This document shows positions 7,721 through 17,990 of a stretch of 64,000 bases of DNA, piece by piece. The DNA is from Candidatus Pyrohabitans jungbluthii. GTDB taxonomy: Archaea > Hydrothermarchaeota > Hydrothermarchaeia > Hydrothermarchaeales > BMS3B. The translations under genes and the position numbers were made by a program. Below the pieces are notes generated by a model, which saw only the letters and a list, made by a program, of their open reading frames with translations, was not told the origin of the DNA and searched no databases. The DNA lies in the NCBI GenBank assembly GCA_002010065.2, contig MTMD02000008.1, positions 128,001 to 192,000 of the forward strand, written 5' to 3'. Position 1 is the first letter of the stretch. Each line of letters begins with the position of its first letter.

Positions 7721-8812
7721 ATGGTTATGAAGGACAACTACAAAATGGGTAACATTTTGGGAATTCCCTTGGAGCTACATGTATCCTTTCTCCTCCTTCT
7801 CCTCTTTTTCTTCATATACAGCGCCCTCACCCTTAATCCGGGACCATTTATCTACATAGTGATGCTATTCGCCACCGTTACCCTGCACGAGTTGAGTCAT
7901 TCGCTGGTAGCGCGGCGCTACGGAATTAAAATCACAAAAATAACCCTCCTCCCCTTTGGCGGAATCGCATCGATGGAGGAGATACCAAAAGATCCAAAGA
8001 AGGAGTTTGCCATAGCCATCGCAGGCCCTGGATTTAATTTCATCGTGGGGGCTCTGAGCCTCGTTGCTATCGCAGCCTTTAGCGATGTGAGCAGGATTTT
8101 CCCTTTCTTTGAGTTCAAAATGGAGAGCCTCATCGACCTGCTGCTGGTGTTCTTCAAGGTGAACCTCCTTCTTGGCGCCTTTAACCTCTTCATCCCAGCG
8201 CTGCCAATGGATGGCGGGCGGGTCTTCCGCTCCCTCTTAGCCTTCAAGCTGGGATTTCCCGCAGCCACAGAAATTGCCACCGGCATAGCGAAGCTCATAG
8301 CGATTTTCATGGCTCTCACTGGCGTGCTCCTCCCCAACCTCTGGCTGATTTTCATCGCCTTCTTTGTGTACATCGGCGCAACGCAAGAAGGCGAGGTGTC
8401 GCGAATAAACTTCATGCTCGCGGGCTTAAAGGTTAAAGACCTGATGAGCACAAAGGTCGTGACTGTTAACAAGGACATAACCCTGGAGGAATTCGCTGAC
8501 ATCCTCTTTGAGAAGAAGCACATGGGCTACCCCGTGGTGGAGGGAAATAGGCTCGTGGGGATAATTACCTTCAGCGACCTGTCGCGGGTGCCTAGAGAGG
8601 AGTGGAGCATAAAGCGCGTTGGCGATGTCATGACGAAGAGGCTTATAACCATAGGTCAAGACGAAGATGCCTTTGAGGCTTTTATTCGCATGGCACGTGC
8701 CGGCGTTGGCAGGCTTCTTGTAGTGGAGGGCGAGAGGCTGGTGGGAATTATCTCTAGGACAGACTTACTGCGCACCCTTGAAATAATGCGCCTCATGAGG
8801 TTTCAGAGATGA
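7721..8812 (+). CDS. Site-2 protease (M50) with C-terminal CBS pair
   Basis: HELSH, AGP, FNL..PALPMDGGR, followed by two CBS repeats. Confidence 0.93.
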   Translation: MVMKDNYKMGNILGIPLELHVSFLLLLLFFFIYSALTLNPGPFIYIVMLFATVTLHELSHSLVARRYGIKITKITLLPFGGIASMEEIPKDPKKEFAIAIAGPGFNFIVGALSLVAIAAFSDVSRIFPFFEFKMESLIDLLLVFFKVNLLLGAFNLFIPALPMDGGRVFRSLLAFKLGFPAATEIATGIAKLIAIFMALTGVLLPNLWLIFIAFFVYIGATQEGEVSRINFMLAGLKVKDLMSTKVVTVNKDITLEEFADILFEKKHMGYPVVEGNRLVGIITFSDLSRVPREEWSIKRVGDVMTKRLITIGQDEDAFEAFIRMARAGVGRLLVVEGERLVGIISRTDLLRTLEIMRLMRFQR

Positions 8813-10254
8813 AGGTGCTCACAGCGAAGGAGTTGAAAATCCTGGATATAAACAGCGCCTGGTTGGGCGTGCCGGCGGAAGAGCTAATGGAGAATGCCGG
8901 CAGAGCGGTGGCAGAGGAGCTGGCGAAGAGGGTAGAAGTTAAGGATAAGCGCGTACTGGTGCTCTGCGGCACGGGCAACAATGGTGGCGATGGTTTAGTG
9001 ACCGCGCGCTACCTTGCTCAAAAGGGCGCTAAGGTAGTGGTGATGCTCCTCGGTGAACCTAAAAGCAGAGAGGCTAAGCAGAAGCTGGCGATGGTTAAGA
9101 AGCTTGGAGTTAGGGTGAAACGTCTGAAAAAGCAAAGCTTTGACGCCGAGATAATCGTGGATGCCCTGCTTGGCACTGGAATAAAAGGCGAGGTCCGCGA
9201 GCCCTACCGCAGCGTAATAGAGGAGGTAAATAAAAGCGATGCCTTTAAGGTTTCTGTGGACATGCCTTCAGGGCTTAACGAAGCCGGCGAGGGCTACTGT
9301 GTCACCCCAGACCTTGTGGTCACCTTCCATGCGCTGAAGCCGGGCTTGGAACGCTTTAACACAGTCGTGAGGGACATAGGGATACCTGATAAAGCCGCCA
9401 CCCACGTAGGCGCCGGAGATGTGGTGGTCAACCTCCCGGAGAGGAGAAGGGAAGCTCACAAGGGCGACTACGGGCAAGTGTTAATCATCGGAGGTGGCTC
9501 TGAGTATCACGGCGCCCCTCTGCTGAGCGCACTGGCGGCGCTTAATGCCGGAGCCGACCTAGTTTACCTTGCAGTGCCAGAACTCAATTTTGAGGTTTCG
9601 CGCAGCTTCATGCCAGATTTTATAATCAAACCATACAGGGGCGAGTATTTCTCTATGGAAGCTATTCCAGTGATTGAAGAACTTCTTGCGCGGGCTACTT
9701 GTGTGCTCCTTGGCCCTGGGCTGGGAGTTAAAGAAGAAACAGTCAAAGCGGTGGTTGAGGTTCTGAAGCGTTGCTCAAAGCCCTGCGTTGTGGACGCGGA
9801 CGCGCTGAAGGCGCTAAGGGATGAGCTTCCCATCCAGGGGTCAGAACTTGTGCTCACACCCCATGCGGGCGAGTTTTACACCCTCACCGGTGAGCGTCTT
9901 CCTTCACAGCTTGAAGAGAAGGTCGAGGTGATGAGACGGTGGAGCAGGCAACTTGAAAGCGTCATCCTCCTTAAAGGGAGCGTGGACATAATCTCCTCGC
10001 CAAGGGGCAAAGTAAAGCTCAACGAAACAGGCAACCCGGGCATGACCGTTGGCGGCACCGGAGATGTTCTCTCTGGCTTAGTCGCTGGTTTAATAGCTCA
10101 AGGGCTAAGCGCCTACGACGCAGCCTGCTGCGCCGCATTTATAAATGGCTACGCTGGCGATATGCTTCTGGAAGAGAAGGGCTACGCTTTCACCGCAAGC
10201 GATTTGGCGGCGCAGATTCCCTACGCGATTAAGGATATTTTAGATTTCATTTAA
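8809..10254 (+). CDS. nnr: Bifunctional NAD(P)H-hydrate epimerase/dehydratase
   Basis: LMENAG, GNNGGDG, DALLGTG, HKGDYG, TPHAGEF, GGTGDVL. Confidence 0.95.
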   Translation: MKVLTAKELKILDINSAWLGVPAEELMENAGRAVAEELAKRVEVKDKRVLVLCGTGNNGGDGLVTARYLAQKGAKVVVMLLGEPKSREAKQKLAMVKKLGVRVKRLKKQSFDAEIIVDALLGTGIKGEVREPYRSVIEEVNKSDAFKVSVDMPSGLNEAGEGYCVTPDLVVTFHALKPGLERFNTVVRDIGIPDKAATHVGAGDVVVNLPERRREAHKGDYGQVLIIGGGSEYHGAPLLSALAALNAGADLVYLAVPELNFEVSRSFMPDFIIKPYRGEYFSMEAIPVIEELLARATCVLLGPGLGVKEETVKAVVEVLKRCSKPCVVDADALKALRDELPIQGSELVLTPHAGEFYTLTGERLPSQLEEKVEVMRRWSRQLESVILLKGSVDIISSPRGKVKLNETGNPGMTVGGTGDVLSGLVAGLIAQGLSAYDAACCAAFINGYAGDMLLEEKGYAFTASDLAAQIPYAIKDILDFI

Positions 10255-10302
10255 ATGGTTATCTATCCTCCCTGATAAGGTATTTATAAAGGAGGTATCT
10301 GT

Positions 10303-10842
10303 ATGACGGATGTGGTTATAGAGAATGTAGTTGCCTCAACCTCTCTGGGACAGAAATTTGACCTAGGGTTAATAACTGTCAATCTTGACCGCGTGGAGTA
10401 TGAGCCCGAGCAGTTCCCTGGACTTGTGTATCACCTCGACGAGCCCAAGGCTGCGGCGCTGATTTTTGGTTCTGGTAAGATTGTCTGTACGGGAGCGAAG
10501 AGCATTGAAGAGGCACACCTTGCCATAAAGAAGATAATTGAGAAGATAAGGGAGGCGGGGATAGAGATAAACTCCGAGCCTGAGGTTGTGATACAGAACG
10601 TTGTTGCGACTGCCAACCTGAATGCTGAGCTTAATCTTGATGCAATTGCAATAGCTCTTGACAATACTGAGTATGAGCCCGAGCAGTTCCCTGGCTTAGT
10701 GTACAGGATGCAGGACCCCAAGGTGGTGCTGCTTCTTTTCGGCTCAGGCAAAATTGTGTGCACTGGTGCAAAGAGTGTAGAAGATGCGAAGCGCGCCACT
10801 GAAAATGTAAAGGCTACTCTAAAAGAGCTGGGACTGCTGTAG
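10303..10842 (+). CDS. tbp: TATA-binding protein
   Basis: Two repeats of NVVA...YEPEQFPGLVY...FGSGKIVCTGAKS. Confidence 0.98.
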   Translation: MTDVVIENVVASTSLGQKFDLGLITVNLDRVEYEPEQFPGLVYHLDEPKAAALIFGSGKIVCTGAKSIEEAHLAIKKIIEKIREAGIEINSEPEVVIQNVVATANLNAELNLDAIAIALDNTEYEPEQFPGLVYRMQDPKVVLLLFGSGKIVCTGAKSVEDAKRATENVKATLKELGLL

Positions 10843-10852
10843 GGGTTGTGGA

Positions 10853-11479
10853 ATGGAGTACGACTACGAAAAGCTCCTTGAAAAGGCATACGAGGAGCTT
10901 CCGGAGAAGGTAAAGGAGCATAAGCGCTTTGAAATACCTCAAATAGCCTCGATTGTCCAGGGAAAGATTACTGTAGTGCAGAACCTAGTTGAGGTAGCGA
11001 AGCTGATAAACCGCCCCCCTGAGATGCTGGTGAAGTATTTACTAAGGGAGCTGGGTACCGCAGGTAGTTTAGAGGGTCAGTACCTCATAATGAAGGGGCA
11101 GTTCCGCCAGCCCCAGATTCAGGAGAAGTTTGAAGCCTTCCTCGCCCAGTACGTCCTGTGCCCTGAGTGCGGTCGCCCTGACACGCGGATAATCAAAGAG
11201 GACAGGATTACCCTGCTCAAGTGCGAAGCCTGCGGCTCCAGGCACCCTCTGAGCGCTATTCGCACCGCATCTGTGCCAAAGCGCAGCACAAAGCCTGAGG
11301 TGGGTGAGGAAATTACAGTGCAGATTACCCAGACAGGAAAGCATGGCGACGGCGTTGCAAAGCTAGGGGAGTATATAATATACGTGAGTGGTGCCCGTGA
11401 GGGACAGAGGGTTAAGGCGAGAATCACAGGCGTGCAGGGCACGCGGATTTTTGCAACCGCCATAGAGGTACTCAGGTGA
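10853..11479 (+). CDS. eif2b: Translation initiation factor aIF2 beta with C-terminal TRAM domain
   Basis: YEKLL..AY, ELGTAG, CPEC.RPDT...CEACG; TRAM segment GKHGDGVAK...YVSGA..G.RVK. Confidence 0.93.
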   Translation: MEYDYEKLLEKAYEELPEKVKEHKRFEIPQIASIVQGKITVVQNLVEVAKLINRPPEMLVKYLLRELGTAGSLEGQYLIMKGQFRQPQIQEKFEAFLAQYVLCPECGRPDTRIIKEDRITLLKCEACGSRHPLSAIRTASVPKRSTKPEVGEEITVQITQTGKHGDGVAKLGEYIIYVSGAREGQRVKARITGVQGTRIFATAIEVLR

Positions 11480-12175
11480 ATGTTAAAGGCTATTTTTTTT
11501 GATATAGACGACACCCTCTACGACAGCACCACTTTAGCAAGAATGGCGAGGCTCAACTCCATCCGCGCAATGATCGACGCCGGCTTGGAGGAGCGCGACG
11601 AGGAAAAGCTCTACTCTCTGCTGCAAAAGGTAATCGCGAAGTTCGGCTCAAACTACGGAAAGCACTACGACGAGCTTCTCAAGGAGCTTGGTATGGAGTG
11701 GAATCCCAAGATAGTTGCTGCAGGTGTCGTCGCCTACGAGCACACTAAATTCGGGTACCTCAAGCCCTTCCCGGGCGTTGTGCCAACACTCATTGAGCTG
11801 AGGCAGCATTACAAGCTGGGGGTTATATCCAACGGCTTGGCGGTGAAGCAGTGGGAGAAGCTGATAAACCTCGGCATACACCACTTCTTCGACGTTGTGG
11901 TGACAAGCGAAGAGGTGGGGTGCGAGAAGCCTGAGGTGGAGATATTCAAGCTGGCGATGGAAAAACTTGGGGTAAGCGCAAGAGAGTGCGTTATGGTGGG
12001 GGATCGTATAGAGACAGACATTCTCGGGGGTAAAGCCTCTGGTATGAAGACAGTGTGGGTGAGGAGGGGGAAGTACTCCAGGGTAGAGCCCAAAAGCGAA
12101 GAGGAAAAGCCAGACGCGGTGATTTCTGAGGTGGTGGAGCTTCCGGGCGTGCTCTCTAAGCTCAGTCCACAATAA
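11480..12175 (+). CDS. HAD-superfamily hydrolase
   Basis: FDIDDTL, SNG, KP, MVGDR.ETDI.G. Confidence 0.92.
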   Translation: MLKAIFFDIDDTLYDSTTLARMARLNSIRAMIDAGLEERDEEKLYSLLQKVIAKFGSNYGKHYDELLKELGMEWNPKIVAAGVVAYEHTKFGYLKPFPGVVPTLIELRQHYKLGVISNGLAVKQWEKLINLGIHHFFDVVVTSEEVGCEKPEVEIFKLAMEKLGVSARECVMVGDRIETDILGGKASGMKTVWVRRGKYSRVEPKSEEEKPDAVISEVVELPGVLSKLSPQ

Positions 12176-12590
12176 CGCGCCCGTCCTTGAGGATGGTTAT
12201 CCTTATATCCTCCCTCACCACTCTGCCATTGAGCTTTCGCTTAGCCTCCCGCTCAATCTTCTCTATTAGCGAAAGGGTATTCTCCTTCACCTTGATTCCG
12301 CACTCTGTGGCGCAGGCGAATACCTTCTTGGGTACGTTGAATATGTCCTCCCCTCTACCAACCTCAATCATGAGGGGTGCGCCTATCTTGTTGAAAAGCT
12401 CTAAGGTGCGCGCCGCCTTCTGGATGTTCTTCCTCGCTCTACTCTCCGTGATGCTCACATTCGCTCGCGTAGTTCCCAGAATCTGGGCAACCTGGGCTTG
12501 AGTATATCCCTTGGCGCGCAGCTCCAGTATCTTCGCCTGGGTAGGGGTGAGAAAGGTTTCGAGTACCTCCTCATCTGTAAACGCCGGCAT
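12162..12590 (-). CDS. tfx: Tfx-family DNA-binding protein
   Basis: FLT..Q..ILELR.KGYTQ..VA..LGTTRANVS..E.RA..NI.KA..TL. Confidence 0.88.
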   Translation of the reverse strand: MPAFTDEEVLETFLTPTQAKILELRAKGYTQAQVAQILGTTRANVSITESRARKNIQKAARTLELFNKIGAPLMIEVGRGEDIFNVPKKVFACATECGIKVKENTLSLIEKIEREAKRKLNGRVVREDIRITILKDGRVIVD

Positions 12591-12674
12591 TTAACTACCC
12601 AATAGGCTTTAGGCTCTCAAAGACTTTTAAAGATTTCGATTCATGTTAGCCTCCGGAATTAAGAAGGTGGTAGC

Positions 12675-13475
12675 TTGCTGACAAAGCGGATAATCCCATG
12701 CTTAGATGTCAAAGATGGGCGCGTTGTTAAGGGTGTGCACTTTAAGAACCTGCGCGATGCTGGCTCGCCTGTGGAGCTGGCGCGCTTTTACGACGAGCAG
12801 GGTGCGGACGAGCTTGTGTTCCTTGACATAAGCGCCAGCCACGAGGGCAGGAAGACAATGATAGAAGTGGTTAAGGCTACCGCAGACCAAGTTTTTATCC
12901 CCCTTACTGTTGGTGGGGGAATAAGCGAAGTTGAAGATGTGCGCCGGATTTTAAAGGCTGGCGCCGATAAGACAGCGATTAACACCGCGGCGGTGAAAAA
13001 CCCAGAGCTTATTGCCAAAGCCGCGCGAAGGTTTGGCAGCCAGTGCATCGTCGCCGCGATAGATGCAAAGCGGGTTTACGAGGAGAGAGAGGATCGCTAT
13101 GTGGTTGATACCCCCGAGGGTAGGTGCTGGTTTGAAGTTTACATCTACGGCGGGCGCAAGGGCACAGGTAAAGATGCCATAGCCTGGGCAAAGGAGGTTG
13201 AAGCTCTAGGCGCAGGTGAAATTCTGCTCACCAGCATGGATGCCGACGGAACCAAGATGGGCTTCGACATCCCACTCACCCGCGCTGTTGCTGAAGAAAC
13301 GAGCGTACCGGTTATAGCAAGCGGCGGCGCGGGTAAGGTGGAGCACTTCTACGATGCCTTTGCCCATGGTAAGGCGGACGCCGCGCTTGCTGCGAGTGTA
13401 TTCCACTACGGCGAGTACACTGTGCAGGACATTAAGGCTTACCTCAAGGCTCGCGGGATAGAGGTGAGGCTTTGA
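12675..13475 (+). CDS. hisF: Imidazole glycerol phosphate synthase cyclase subunit
   Basis: [38 protein letters not shown]. Confidence 0.97.
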   Translation: MLTKRIIPCLDVKDGRVVKGVHFKNLRDAGSPVELARFYDEQGADELVFLDISASHEGRKTMIEVVKATADQVFIPLTVGGGISEVEDVRRILKAGADKTAINTAAVKNPELIAKAARRFGSQCIVAAIDAKRVYEEREDRYVVDTPEGRCWFEVYIYGGRKGTGKDAIAWAKEVEALGAGEILLTSMDADGTKMGFDIPLTRAVAEETSVPVIASGGAGKVEHFYDAFAHGKADAALAASVFHYGEYTVQDIKAYLKARGIEVRL

Positions 13476-14371
13476 AGGAGCATGATGAGGAGCTTTCTGC
13501 CAGGGAGCTCAGGTTCGCTCTGGTATTCACCATGGCGATTTTTGTGGCTGAGGTGATTGGAGGCATAGTCTCTAATAGCCTCGCTTTGCTCAGCGACGCC
13601 TCGCATGTGTTCAGCGATGCCTTCGCCCTGCTTTTGAGCTTTCTTGCAATAAAGATAGCTGCACGTCCTCCCAGCCTAAGCCGAACCTTTGGTTATCACC
13701 GCGCTGAGGTGCTTGCTGCGCTGGCGAATGGTGTACTTCTATTGGTTATAGCCCTTGCCATCTTCCACGAGGCGTACCAGCGCTTTTTATCTCCACCTGA
13801 GATAAAGCTGAAGGAGATGATGGGTGTTGCCATCCTTGGCTTGGCTGCGAACCTCTTTGTTATGTTCCGTCTTCGGGAGCATGCCCACGAGGATATAAAT
13901 ATACGTGGCGCATTTCTGCACGTGGTGGGCGATACCCTAGGGAGTGTGGGCGTAATCGTCGGCGGGGCAGCGATTTACTTCACAGGCAATACCATCGCAG
14001 ACCCTATTGTGAGCGCATTTATCGCTGCTATAGTCGCTGTTGGGGCGATAAGACTAATAGCCGAATCCTCCCATATTCTGCTGGAGGGCACGCCAAAGCA
14101 CGTGGATGTGCTCTCCCTGAAGCGCTCCTTAGAGGGCATCGCTGGCGTGAAAGATGTGCATGACCTGCACGTGTGGGCGATATGCTCCCACATCAACGCC
14201 GCAAGCGCTCATATCGCCGTTGAAGACCAGATGATAAGCCAGCTTGAAGAAATTCAGCGCGAGGTTAATGAAAAATTTAAGGAGTATAAGATAAACCACA
14301 CCACTCTGCAGTTCGAGTGTCATGGCAGAGAGTGCAGCACCATTGATGTGCTGAAGGAGAGGATGGAATGA
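13472..14371 (+). CDS. czcD: Cation diffusion facilitator (CzcD/ZitB-like)
   Basis: [45 protein letters not shown]. Confidence 0.92.
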   Translation: MKEHDEELSARELRFALVFTMAIFVAEVIGGIVSNSLALLSDASHVFSDAFALLLSFLAIKIAARPPSLSRTFGYHRAEVLAALANGVLLLVIALAIFHEAYQRFLSPPEIKLKEMMGVAILGLAANLFVMFRLREHAHEDINIRGAFLHVVGDTLGSVGVIVGGAAIYFTGNTIADPIVSAFIAAIVAVGAIRLIAESSHILLEGTPKHVDVLSLKRSLEGIAGVKDVHDLHVWAICSHINAASAHIAVEDQMISQLEEIQREVNEKFKEYKINHTTLQFECHGRECSTIDVLKERME

Positions 14372-14970
14372 AGCCGCAGATTGCGATAGTGGATTATGGC
14401 ATGGGTAACCTACGGAGCGCATATCGCGGGTTAGAGCGTGGCGGGGCAAAGCCGGTGATTACAGACAAAAAAGAAGACCTTGAGGCAAGCGATGCGATTG
14501 TTTTACCCGGCGTGGGCGCCTTCGAGGATGCCATGGCAAACCTCTACCCGCTTCGCGAGGTTATTATAAAGGAGGCGGAGAAGAAGCCTATGCTTGGTAT
14601 CTGTCTGGGTTTGCAGCTTCTTTTCACCTGCAGCGAGGAGGGTGAAGGCAGAGGGCTGGATTTAATAAAGGGCAGGGTGGTGAGGCTTCCCAGGAATGTG
14701 AAGATACCCCACATGGGCTGGAATTCCCTGGAGATAAAGCGCGACTCAAGGCTGCTCGCAGGGATTAAGAGTGGGGACTACTTCTATTTTGTCCACTCTT
14801 ACTACGCCCAGCCTGAGGAAGAGGTAACCGTGGCGACGACAAGCTACGGTGTGGAGATACCTGCAATAGTAGAGAAGGGCAACGTATTTGCCACGCAGTT
14901 TCACCCGGAAAAGAGCGGAAAGCTGGGGTTAAAGCTGCTGAAGAATTTTGTGGGGATTGCTTCAGAATAG
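14368..14970 (+). CDS. hisH: Imidazole glycerol phosphate synthase glutaminase subunit
   Basis: DYGMGNL, LPGVGAF, GICLGLQ, YFVHSY, QFHPEKS. Confidence 0.97.
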   Translation: MKPQIAIVDYGMGNLRSAYRGLERGGAKPVITDKKEDLEASDAIVLPGVGAFEDAMANLYPLREVIIKEAEKKPMLGICLGLQLLFTCSEEGEGRGLDLIKGRVVRLPRNVKIPHMGWNSLEIKRDSRLLAGIKSGDYFYFVHSYYAQPEEEVTVATTSYGVEIPAIVEKGNVFATQFHPEKSGKLGLKLLKNFVGIASE

Positions 14971-15015
14971 CACATCCCTCTGTATTTTATGGTTATTAAT
15001 AAAATATTATACATA

Positions 15016-15747
15016 TCAGGGCTTCTCTAACTTAAGCGCCTCTCTGAAATCAATCTTGCCCGTGTAGAGTGCCGAGCCGATAACCACACCGAAGGCGCCC
15101 AGGTCTCTAACATTCTTTATATCATCGAGGGAGGATATCCCACCCGAGACGATTACCTTTGCGGGGCTCGCGTTCACAACCTCTTTCACTGCATCCAAAT
15201 CTACTCCGCGCATTCGCCCTTCTACGTTGACGTTGGTGAATAGCATTTCGCTGGTATAACTAGCGAATTCCCTCGCCGCTTCTGACGCTCGGCGCTGCGT
15301 CTTCTCTCTCCACCCACGAATCACCACGTAGCCGTCTTTTGCGTCTAGGGCGACTATTATCCTCTCCCTGCCGTACTCCTCAGCCAGGGTGCGCAACACT
15401 CTGGGCTCTTCCAGCGCTGCCGTGCCTAAAATCACCTTCGCAGCGCCAAGCTCAAGAAAGCGCTTTGCCTCCTCCACGCTCCTTATACCCCCTCCGAACT
15501 GCACAGGTATGCTCAGCCTTGAGATAATCTCCTCCACCAGCGGGCGATTAATTCTGCTCCCCTCTATCGCCGCGTCCAAATCAACGAGGTGCAGCCGCCT
15601 TGCGCCCAGCTTCTGCCAGTGCTCGGCTACAGCGATTGGATCCTCGAGCTCTACCAGCTTCTTGCTCGGGTCGCCGCCCACCAGCTGGACGCAGCGCTTA
15701 CCCTTCAAATCCAGCGCCGGGATTACCAGGAAGCTCATAAGCACCAT
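15016..15747 (-). CDS. hisA: ProFAR isomerase
   Basis: IPALDL, LHLVDLD, GGGIRS, SGGISS, IGSALY. Confidence 0.95.
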   Translation of the reverse strand: MVLMSFLVIPALDLKGKRCVQLVGGDPSKKLVELEDPIAVAEHWQKLGARRLHLVDLDAAIEGSRINRPLVEEIISRLSIPVQFGGGIRSVEEAKRFLELGAAKVILGTAALEEPRVLRTLAEEYGRERIIVALDAKDGYVVIRGWREKTQRRASEAAREFASYTSEMLFTNVNVEGRMRGVDLDAVKEVVNASPAKVIVSGGISSLDDIKNVRDLGAFGVVIGSALYTGKIDFREALKLEKP

Positions 15748-15775
15748 TCCGTGTGACGAAGCGGGTGCGGCGCCC

Positions 15776-16636
15776 TTATTCTATAATCCTCTCAATGGGC
15801 AGAACCAGGATATCGCGAGCCCCAAGCTTCTTGGCCTTGTTTATAATCGAATAAACCTCCTTCTCATCCACCACTGAATTCACCGCATACATTGGCTCAG
15901 CTGCAGCCACCTCGGCTATCGTCGGGCCCGCCATTCCCGGCATTATCTTTTTGATCTCCTCCAGCGCCGCTTTGGGCACATTCATCATTATTAGCTTCTT
16001 TCGCCTGGCTGCGAGCACGCTTGAGAAGGCGGTTATAACCTCCTCCACTTTCTCATGCTTCGTCTTCACTGCCTCTTTGTTGCCTATAAGGTAAGCGGAA
16101 GTTTCAAGGATTGTCTCCACCTCGCGCAGCTTGTTCATCTTCAACGTTGTACCCGTGCTAACCAGGTCCACAATAAGCTCCGCTAAGCCTATGTGGGGTG
16201 CTATCTCGCATGCTCCAGAAACACGAACCACCTTAACATCGATGCCCCTCTCCTCGAAGAAGCGCCGCGTTATGTTGGGGAACTCTGTGGCCACACGCGA
16301 CCCCGGCTTTATATCCTCAACTCTATCTATGCCAGAGTTCTCAGGCGCAGCCACCACCAGGCGAGCTCTACCGAAATCTAAATTAAGGAGAAGCTCCACA
16401 TCGTAACTTGACTCTACCACAACGTCATAGCCTGTGATTCCAAGATCTGCAACGCCATCAAACACAAACTCGGATATATCGGCGGCGCGCACAAAGAGCA
16501 CCTGAATCTCAGGGTCGACGGTGCTTGCAAATAGGCGACGCTCTCCCATATTCAGCACTACCATGCCGGAGCTGCGCATAAGTTGCATCGCAGGCTCGTG
16601 CAGTCTTCCTTTGTTGGGAACGGCTATCTTTATCAT
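15776..16636 (-). CDS. hisG: ATP phosphoribosyltransferase (long form)
   Basis: MIKIAVPNKGRL, DLGITGYD, ATEFP, DLVSTGTTL; true start is 16636, not the track's 16846. Confidence 0.96.
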   Translation of the reverse strand: MIKIAVPNKGRLHEPAMQLMRSSGMVVLNMGERRLFASTVDPEIQVLFVRAADISEFVFDGVADLGITGYDVVVESSYDVELLLNLDFGRARLVVAAPENSGIDRVEDIKPGSRVATEFPNITRRFFEERGIDVKVVRVSGACEIAPHIGLAELIVDLVSTGTTLKMNKLREVETILETSAYLIGNKEAVKTKHEKVEEVITAFSSVLAARRKKLIMMNVPKAALEEIKKIMPGMAGPTIAEVAAAEPMYAVNSVVDEKEVYSIINKAKKLGARDILVLPIERIIE

Positions 16637-16658
16637 TTTCAAAACCTCGGGTGATGAT

Positions 16659-17990
16659 ATGGATGTGCTCATAAAAGACGGAATTGTCGTTACTATGGAT
16701 AAGGAGCGGCGGGTATTAAAAAACTTTTCTCTGGCAATTGAGGATGGGGCGATAGTTGAGATTGCCAAGGATATAAAAGGCGAAGCTGATTTTGTGATAC
16801 ACGCAAGGAACAAGATAGTGATGCCGGGGCTCATAAATACGCACACCCATGCGGCGATGACGCTGTTCAGGGGCAGCGCCGACGACCTGCCACTGATGCA
16901 GTGGCTTCAAGAAGAAATATGGCCAGTGGAAGCAAAGCTTGAGCCCAAGCATGTTTATGCAGGTTCTCTGCTCGCCTGCCTGGAGATGCTTAGCAGCGGG
17001 ATAACCTGCTTTAACGACATGTACTACTACCTGGAAGAGGTGGCGAGGAGCGTTGCCGAGTCAGGAATACGCGGTGTACTCTCCTATCCCCTCCTTGACA
17101 TCGCCGGTGAGGAGCAGGGGGAAAAGCTCCTAAGTGAGGCTGAGAAGGGGCTCAGGGATTACGGAAATAAAGATTCGCGAATAAAGGTGTTTCTTGGTCC
17201 CCACGCGCCCTACACCTGCTCCAAGGAGCTTCTGCTCAAGGCTAAAGAGCTGGCTGAGGAGTACAACACAGGGATACACATCCACGTCTCCGAGACCAAG
17301 GAGGAGGTGGAGAGCTTCATTAAGGATAAGGGGATGCGCCCCTTTGAGTACCTAGATGCAATAGGCTTCTTGGGCGATAACGTTCTTGCAGCGCATGCAG
17401 TGCATGTGAGCAGGGAGGAGATAGAGTTAATGAGGAAGCGCAGCGTGAAGGTTGCCCACAACCCTGTGAGCAACATGAAGCTCGCCGCAGGCATAGCCCC
17501 TGTGGCTGAGTATGCTAAGGCTGGAATCACCGTCTCCCTAGGCACCGACGGCGCGGCGAGCAACAACACCCTAGACTTATTCGAGGAGATGAAGACATGC
17601 GCTCTGCTTCAGAAGATCACCACCCGAGATGCGAGTGCGCTGCCCGCGCATGAGGTGCTTGAGTTTGCAACAATCAACGCTGCTCGAGCGCTTGGCCTGG
17701 ATAAAGAAATAGGCTCCCTCGAGGTGGGTAAGCGAGGCGATGTAATTATAGTAGACATGCAAAAGCCCCATCTCAAGCCCATGAGCAACCCTATTTCGCA
17801 CCTTGTGTACGCCGCCAGAGGCAGCGATGTTTCTACTGTGATAGTAGACGGCAAGGTGATAATGCACGAGGGGAGCTTCAGAACTCTAGACGTAGCAGAG
17901 GTTTGCAAATTCGCGGAGGAAGAGGCTTTTGATTTGTTTGAAAAGGCGGGCAAGGGGGACAGGTTATTCCGGGTTGAGGAAGTCCTTTAG
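16659..17990 (+). CDS. mtaD: 5'-methylthioadenosine/SAH (5'-deoxyadenosine) deaminase, amidohydrolase family
   Basis: PGLINTHTH, HAPYTC, HIHVSET, AHNP.SNMKL, GTDG.ASNN; ATG 16659 after GGTGA. Confidence 0.85.
   Translation: MDVLIKDGIVVTMDKERRVLKNFSLAIEDGAIVEIAKDIKGEADFVIHARNKIVMPGLINTHTHAAMTLFRGSADDLPLMQWLQEEIWPVEAKLEPKHVYAGSLLACLEMLSSGITCFNDMYYYLEEVARSVAESGIRGVLSYPLLDIAGEEQGEKLLSEAEKGLRDYGNKDSRIKVFLGPHAPYTCSKELLLKAKELAEEYNTGIHIHVSETKEEVESFIKDKGMRPFEYLDAIGFLGDNVLAAHAVHVSREEIELMRKRSVKVAHNPVSNMKLAAGIAPVAEYAKAGITVSLGTDGAASNNTLDLFEEMKTCALLQKITTRDASALPAHEVLEFATINAARALGLDKEIGSLEVGKRGDVIIVDMQKPHLKPMSNPISHLVYAARGSDVSTVIVDGKVIMHEGSFRTLDVAEVCKFAEEEAFDLFEKAGKGDRLFRVEEVL
16711..16730 (-). promoter_or_regulatory. 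Probable BRE-TATA promoter for hisG-hisA embedded in mtaD
   Basis: Minus strand reads AGAAAAGTTTTTTAATACCC, 75-95 nt upstream of the hisG ATG. Confidence 0.5.

Noticed and set aside
10303-10842. Direct DNA repeat GAGTATGAGCCCGAGCAGTTCCCTGG
   Set aside because: This is the normal internal duplication of TBP.
10853-11479. aIF2-beta-TRAM fusion as a novelty
   Set aside because: Already known in several euryarchaeal lineages.
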